34,825 bases of DNA, from the sequence record SRR22947727_5198; one strand, written 5' to 3'. Shown in pieces: positions 31,069 to 34,825 of this stretch. The notes below the pieces were generated by a model. The model searched no databases. It was not told the DNA's origin and saw nothing but the letters and a program-made list of their open reading frames with translations. Within the stretch, counting starts at the first letter, position 1. Every line of letters starts with the position of its first letter. A program made the position numbers and the translations under genes.

Positions 31069-31794
31069 TTAGGGGGCTCGGGTGGGAGGATTCTCGGCTT
31101 CACGCTCCCACTCGTCACGAACCAGTCGCCACCACAGGTAGAGGGCAAAAACCCCGAAGATGACCCACTGCATCGCATAGAAGAGGTTCAACCAGTTGAG
31201 CTCGCTCTCGGTGGGAGGTGGTTCCGTGCCAATCGTGGAGAGACCGTCGGGAGCGCTCGCGAGAACCACATAGCCGCCATAGACGGGTCCCGGGTTTTCC
31301 CACAGGTTCAGAAGCTCGGGGATAGCGACGGTGGACATTTCCCCGTCCATGAAGTTGGACTGTTGCGGAGACTCCGTGGGTACATAGCGCCCGATGAGGG
31401 TTGTTGTCCCTGCCGGCAGCATTCCCTCGGTCAGACCGGAGGGCGCGAACCCCACCGCGACGGCCAGCGATGAACCATCCTCTGTCATACAGTGGCGCAC
31501 CAGCCACTCACCAACACCTTGGAGCGTTCGCCGGTTGGTGAGCACCACATCATCACCCTCGACATAGTCGCACTCCACACTGACCATCCGGCCCGAGGCC
31601 TCCGAGGTGGTCACACTCTGGGGTGTGGCCACCGACTCCAGCGGGACGACAGTCTCCGTGTCGCGCTCCAGAACAGTGGCCTGTTCAATACTGCGATCAA
31701 GTTGCCATTGGCCCAGGAGGCCGAAAATGGAGGCAACACCAAGGGCAAGGAAGAGTGCCGCAATCCATTTCGGACGCGTCGCTACACGCCACAC
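31069..31794 (-). CDS. SURF1-family membrane protein
   Basis: LGQWQL.R N-terminal motif and N.FYAMQW.IF C-terminal motif, each next to a TM helix. Confidence 0.82.
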   Translation of the reverse strand: MWRVATRPKWIAALFLALGVASIFGLLGQWQLDRSIEQATVLERDTETVVPLESVATPQSVTTSEASGRMVSVECDYVEGDDVVLTNRRTLQGVGEWLVRHCMTEDGSSLAVAVGFAPSGLTEGMLPAGTTTLIGRYVPTESPQQSNFMDGEMSTVAIPELLNLWENPGPVYGGYVVLASAPDGLSTIGTEPPPTESELNWLNLFYAMQWVIFGVFALYLWWRLVRDEWEREAENPPTRAP

Positions 31795-31856
31795 AAGCGA
31801 CCCCCTCGTTTCACAGCCTCCAGGCTAGAGCTCGTGGCTGGGTGTGACCCGAATCC

Positions 31857-32966
31857 TTAGCGTTGGACGATGACGTCCACGCGCTGGAACTCTTTGAGGT
31901 CCGAGTAACCACAGGTTGCCATCGAGTGGCGAAGCGCCCCGACCAGGTTTGTGCGTCCGTCAGCAGAGTGTGCGGGGCCGAGCAAAACCTGTTCCAGGCT
32001 TCCGTCAACACCGACGTGGACCCGATAGCCCCGGGGAAGAGTGGGGTGGTGAGCTTCTGGACCCCAGTGCCAGCCGCGTCCCGGAGCTTCATGGGAGCGA
32101 GCGAGAGTAGACCCGAGCATGACCGCGTCGGCTCCGGTTGCGATGGCTGCCACGATGTCTCCACTTCGACCGAGGCCACCATCAGCAATGACGTGGACGT
32201 AACGACCACCTGATTCATCCAAATAATCACGGCGAGCGCTCGCGACGTCGGAGATGGCGGTGGCCATGGGGGCATTGATGCCCAGTGCAGCTCTTGTGCT
32301 GGACGCTGCTCCCCCACCAAAGCCGACCAGTACGCCAGCGGCTCCGGTGCGCATCAGGTGGAGAGCTGCGGTGTAGGTCGCTGCACCTCCGACGATGACG
32401 GGAACATCAAGGTCATAGATGAACTGCTTGAGATTCAAGGGCTCGCGGTTCTGACTCACGTGCTCGGCGCTCACCGTGGTGCCACGAATGACAAACAAGT
32501 CCACTCCGGCGGAGAGTACGGTGCTGGAGAACTCCTGGGTCCGCTGAGGCGAGAGCGCACCCGCTACCGGGACACCGGCATCACGGATCTGCTGCAGCCT
32601 GGCGGTAATGAGCTCCTCTCTAATGGGCTCGGCATAAATGCGTTGCAAACCTTCGGTCGCGTTGTCCTCAGTGAGATTCGCGATCTCCTCGTAGGCGGAG
32701 GAAGGATCCTCATACCGCGTCCAGAGACCCTCCAAGTTGAGGACTCCCAGACCACCAAGCTTTCCCACGGCAATCGCGGTCTCGGGGGACATCACCGAGT
32801 CCATGGGGGCAGCAATAACAGGCATCGAGAAGGTGAACGCGTCGATACTCCAGCTCACCGAGACATCTTCAGGGTCTCGGGTTCTCCTGGAGGGGACCAC
32901 CGCGACGTCATCGAAGGAGTACCCCCGAATGGCGCGCTTGGTCAGACCAATTTCGACCTCATTCAC
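31857..32966 (-). CDS. guaB3: GuaB3-family IMP dehydrogenase-related protein
   Basis: EIG..K...RGYSFDDVAVVPSRRTRDP, LNLEGLWTRY, ALHLMRTGAAGVLVG; no CBS pair. Confidence 0.92.
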   Translation of the reverse strand: MNEVEIGLTKRAIRGYSFDDVAVVPSRRTRDPEDVSVSWSIDAFTFSMPVIAAPMDSVMSPETAIAVGKLGGLGVLNLEGLWTRYEDPSSAYEEIANLTEDNATEGLQRIYAEPIREELITARLQQIRDAGVPVAGALSPQRTQEFSSTVLSAGVDLFVIRGTTVSAEHVSQNREPLNLKQFIYDLDVPVIVGGAATYTAALHLMRTGAAGVLVGFGGGAASSTRAALGINAPMATAISDVASARRDYLDESGGRYVHVIADGGLGRSGDIVAAIATGADAVMLGSTLARSHEAPGRGWHWGPEAHHPTLPRGYRVHVGVDGSLEQVLLGPAHSADGRTNLVGALRHSMATCGYSDLKEFQRVDVIVQR

Positions 32967-32987
32967 GTGCTCTACCCTACCCGCGGA

Positions 32988-34505
<1,518 letters not shown>

Positions 34506-34712
34506 TTATCGCCGGGTTTATGCCCGGAAAGCGCTCACTGTGGTGTGTCTCCATCGTAACTGGTTAGACCCCAGCGCGATACATCGGCATAATGGGAGAA
34601 CTGTTTACACAGAGGCAAATGACCAAACCCCATGACCCATACTGATCGTGTCAACGACGACGCACAGAGAAACCGCACTCGGTTGTCTGTTGCACCAGCA
34701 CCAGGAGGCCCC

Positions 34713-34825
34713 GTGAGTTCCGCTACTGCAGAGAATCACACTTTCCTTGCTCGAGGAATGAAGATGCTTCTCATCGCCATTCTGGCTTTTGCCGGGGTTC
34801 TGTTCGCCTCACCCGCGATGGCCGA
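34713..34825 (+). CDS. 5' fragment of a secreted or membrane protein (runs off window)
   Basis: AGGAGG precedes GTG 34713; MSSATAENHTFLARGMKMLLIAILAFAGVLFASPAMA looks like a signal peptide ending in AMA. Confidence 0.6.
   Translation, partial: MSSATAENHTFLARGMKMLLIAILAFAGVLFASPAMA

Noticed and set aside
31782-31814. Possible leaderless 10-codon uORF (MKRGGRLCGV) overlapping the SURF1 start
   Set aside because: SURF1 has its own SD (GAGGGGG); the GTG 7 nt after TAGCCT is probably coincidental and there is no other support

Overview
A gene-dense, GC-rich core-genome segment of an actinobacterium. Gene order and protein style point to a compact Microbacteriaceae genome (inference). In order it holds holB-tmk-topA, a reduced Tad/Flp pilus cluster, acs, RidA, a DUF4177-like protein, a class A PBP, a metallophosphoesterase and tRNA-Pro(CGG). 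Next come tdk-folD-glyA behind a ZMP/ZTP riboswitch, purU, icd, a GNAT, purNH, a PerM-like protein, sucCD, pcrA, two membrane proteins and the guaB-guaB3-SURF1-DUF3817-guaA block. I saw no mobile elements or CRISPR arrays. The best find is absent from the ORF track: a 38-aa gene with 6 Cys and 1 His (17785..17901, minus strand). It has a strong RBS and its own sigma70-type promoter, whose spacer is filled by a CsoR/RicR/CstR-type palindrome, so it is a candidate metal- or persulfide-responsive mini-system. Other signals are a TamR/UrtR-like 18-bp palindrome upstream of icd, a palindromic motif shared by the tadA and pilin promoters, leaderless promoters built from the upstream gene's stop codon, and a GuaB3 lacking the catalytic Cys. 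All product calls come from motif recognition; no database search was run.
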